Positions 62,466-64,000 of a stretch of DNA of 64,000 nt are shown here, piece after piece; positions within the stretch are counted from its first letter, which is position 1; the number at the start of each line of letters is the position of its first letter. This DNA is from Eledone cirrhosa (taxonomy: Eukaryota). The stretch lies in the NCBI GenBank assembly GCA_964016885.1, contig OZ024747.1, positions 88,784,001-88,848,000 on the forward strand. The letters run 5' to 3'. The notes below the pieces were generated by a model. The model did not search any database, was not told the DNA's origin, and was given only the letters and a program-made list of their open reading frames with translations. Made by a program: the position numbers and the translations under genes.

Positions 62466-62669
62466 CCACACCTTCAGAAAAACCAAAACCACCAACGCCA
62501 CCAGCAACTACCACCACCACCACTAACGCCATCAACACTACCACCACTACTACCCCACTACCACTCCCCCCCCCCCCACCACCAGTAACCCCCATCACCA
62601 CCATTGATACATAATCAATTACTATTATCATGCTCTTCATTAGCATCATCAGAATGTGAACATCTCTTT

Positions 62670-62910
62670 AGCAATAGCAGCAACAACAACAACAACAGTA
62701 ATAACAAGAAGTAGAGCTGTAACAACAACAGCAGCAGCACCACCACCAACACCAATAACAACAACAACAGCACCACCAACACCAATAACAAGAACAACAA
62801 TACCAACAACAAGAACAGTAATAACAAGAGAGTAACAAGAACAGCAATCAAAACAGCAACAGCAAGAACAACAATAAAAACCAGAACAACAATAAAACAA
62901 TTACAACGAC
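62670..62910. repeat. Degenerate (CAA)n tract
   Basis: Directly visible. Confidence 0.9.
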
Positions 62911-63217
62911 TATAATATAATTAATTGAATGTTGTTTATCAGATAAAAGAAAAAAAAACCTGAAGAAATTTCTTATTCCAGCCCATTTAGCAATAAACAT
63001 CTGCATCTAAGCTGGTATAAACTGGTTAGAAAGCAGAATATTGTTGTTTGACAAGAAATTGGTGCAGTTTTCTAGTACCTTGATTCTATTCACTTGGCAC
63101 TAATACCATTTCAGTGCAGATACATGTAATTTATCTTCATCATCATCATCATCATCCTCAATAAATGTCAGTTTTCCCTGCTAGCAAGTGTTGGGTGGGT
63201 CAAGAGAAGCTGCTGAT

Positions 63218-63392
63218 CTCTTAGAGAGACTAGGAGTCTGCATCTTGCTAGGGGAGTTGCTAACCTCTTAGAGGGAACAGGAGTCTGCATCTTGCTTGGG
63301 GAGCTACTGACCTCTTAGAGGGACCAGGAGTCCCCAATCTTGCTTGGGGAGCTACTGACCTCTTGGAATGACTGAGAGTCTCCATCTTGTTT
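63218..63392. repeat. 47-bp tandem repeat, about 3.7 units
   Basis: CTCTTAGAGGGAACAGGAGTCTGCATCTTGCTTGGGGAGCTACTGAC. Confidence 0.9.
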
Positions 63393-63569
63393 ATATATAC
63401 ATTCCCACAACTTTACTAAGTATTCAGATAGGCCAGGATCCAGTATCTCACTTACAAACCTCCTCATATTCTATAGAGTGCATTTTTCGCGGCATCAAAC
63501 TAGAGAGGTTGTGGTGTGGTGTGTGTGTCTGTGTGAATATCATGACTCATACACTCTTCATTTTCCTGA

Positions 63570-63757
63570 CGGATTGGCAGTATCGGTAGAGGGTCGGACG
63601 CCATGCTTTGCAGCAAAGAGTTATGGCCCTTTGTGGTCTGAGTTCAAATCCCGCCGCGGTTAACTTTGCCTTTCATCATTACGGGGTCGATAAAATAAAG
63701 TACCAGTAATACACTGGGATAATTGCTGGCCTTGTGCCAAAAGTAGAAACAATTATT
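63570..63757 (+). mobile_element. SINE A, short subfamily
   Basis: A-box, B-box, core and GAAACAATTATT end. Confidence 0.9.
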
Positions 63758-64000
63758 CTATGTACTATACATGCATCTTTGATGAGTTGTAATGCACCTG
63801 AGCACTGTGCACAATAATTTTCCTTATATAACTTAGACATAGCTAAAGAGTCTACCTGGTTCTTTGTTTCGCAGGTAATCTACAGCTGAATATTTTTTCT
63901 ATCATCAACCACTTTACAGAGAACACTAGGCATGTGTATCATGCAAATCAACAATACTAGGGAGGTTGTCATGCCATGTCTTTGACAGCTGAAGAGTCCT

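Overview
Eukaryotic, AT-rich, repeat-saturated animal DNA, most likely an octopod cephalopod. That assignment is inferred from the tandem HCEICGKSF-type C2H2 fingers, the dense tRNA-derived SINEs and the (TA)n/(CA)n load. The only certain gene is the 3' part of a C2H2 zinc-finger gene (2-1015, +, 12 fingers in view), with decayed fingers behind its stop codon. A minus-strand gene probably ends near 59.9-60.4 kb: a 57-nt exon splices onto a 147-nt last exon that ends in a CaaX box (KGKCVFL*), and that last exon is duplicated at 56.3 kb. A few other isolated exon-like segments lie on the minus strand (low confidence). The rest is mobile DNA and simple repeats: more than 30 copies of one SINE family, two or three other SINE families, fragments of RTE, CR1, CRE-like and Penelope retroelements, a mariner fragment, pogo- and piggyBac-type MITEs, minisatellites with 38, 25, 33, ~31 and 47 bp units, and several foldbacks. 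Best leads: (1) the duplicated CaaX terminal exon; (2) a perfect 95-bp-arm palindrome carrying half of a hammerhead-ribozyme motif; (3) a hammerhead relic behind a Penelope fragment; (4) a 38-bp array with ordered variants that starts at a retroposon tail; (5) an inverted RTE insertion. There is no CRISPR array, rRNA or genuine tRNA gene. All family assignments are by-eye motif recognition, not database hits, and repeat boundaries are approximate.
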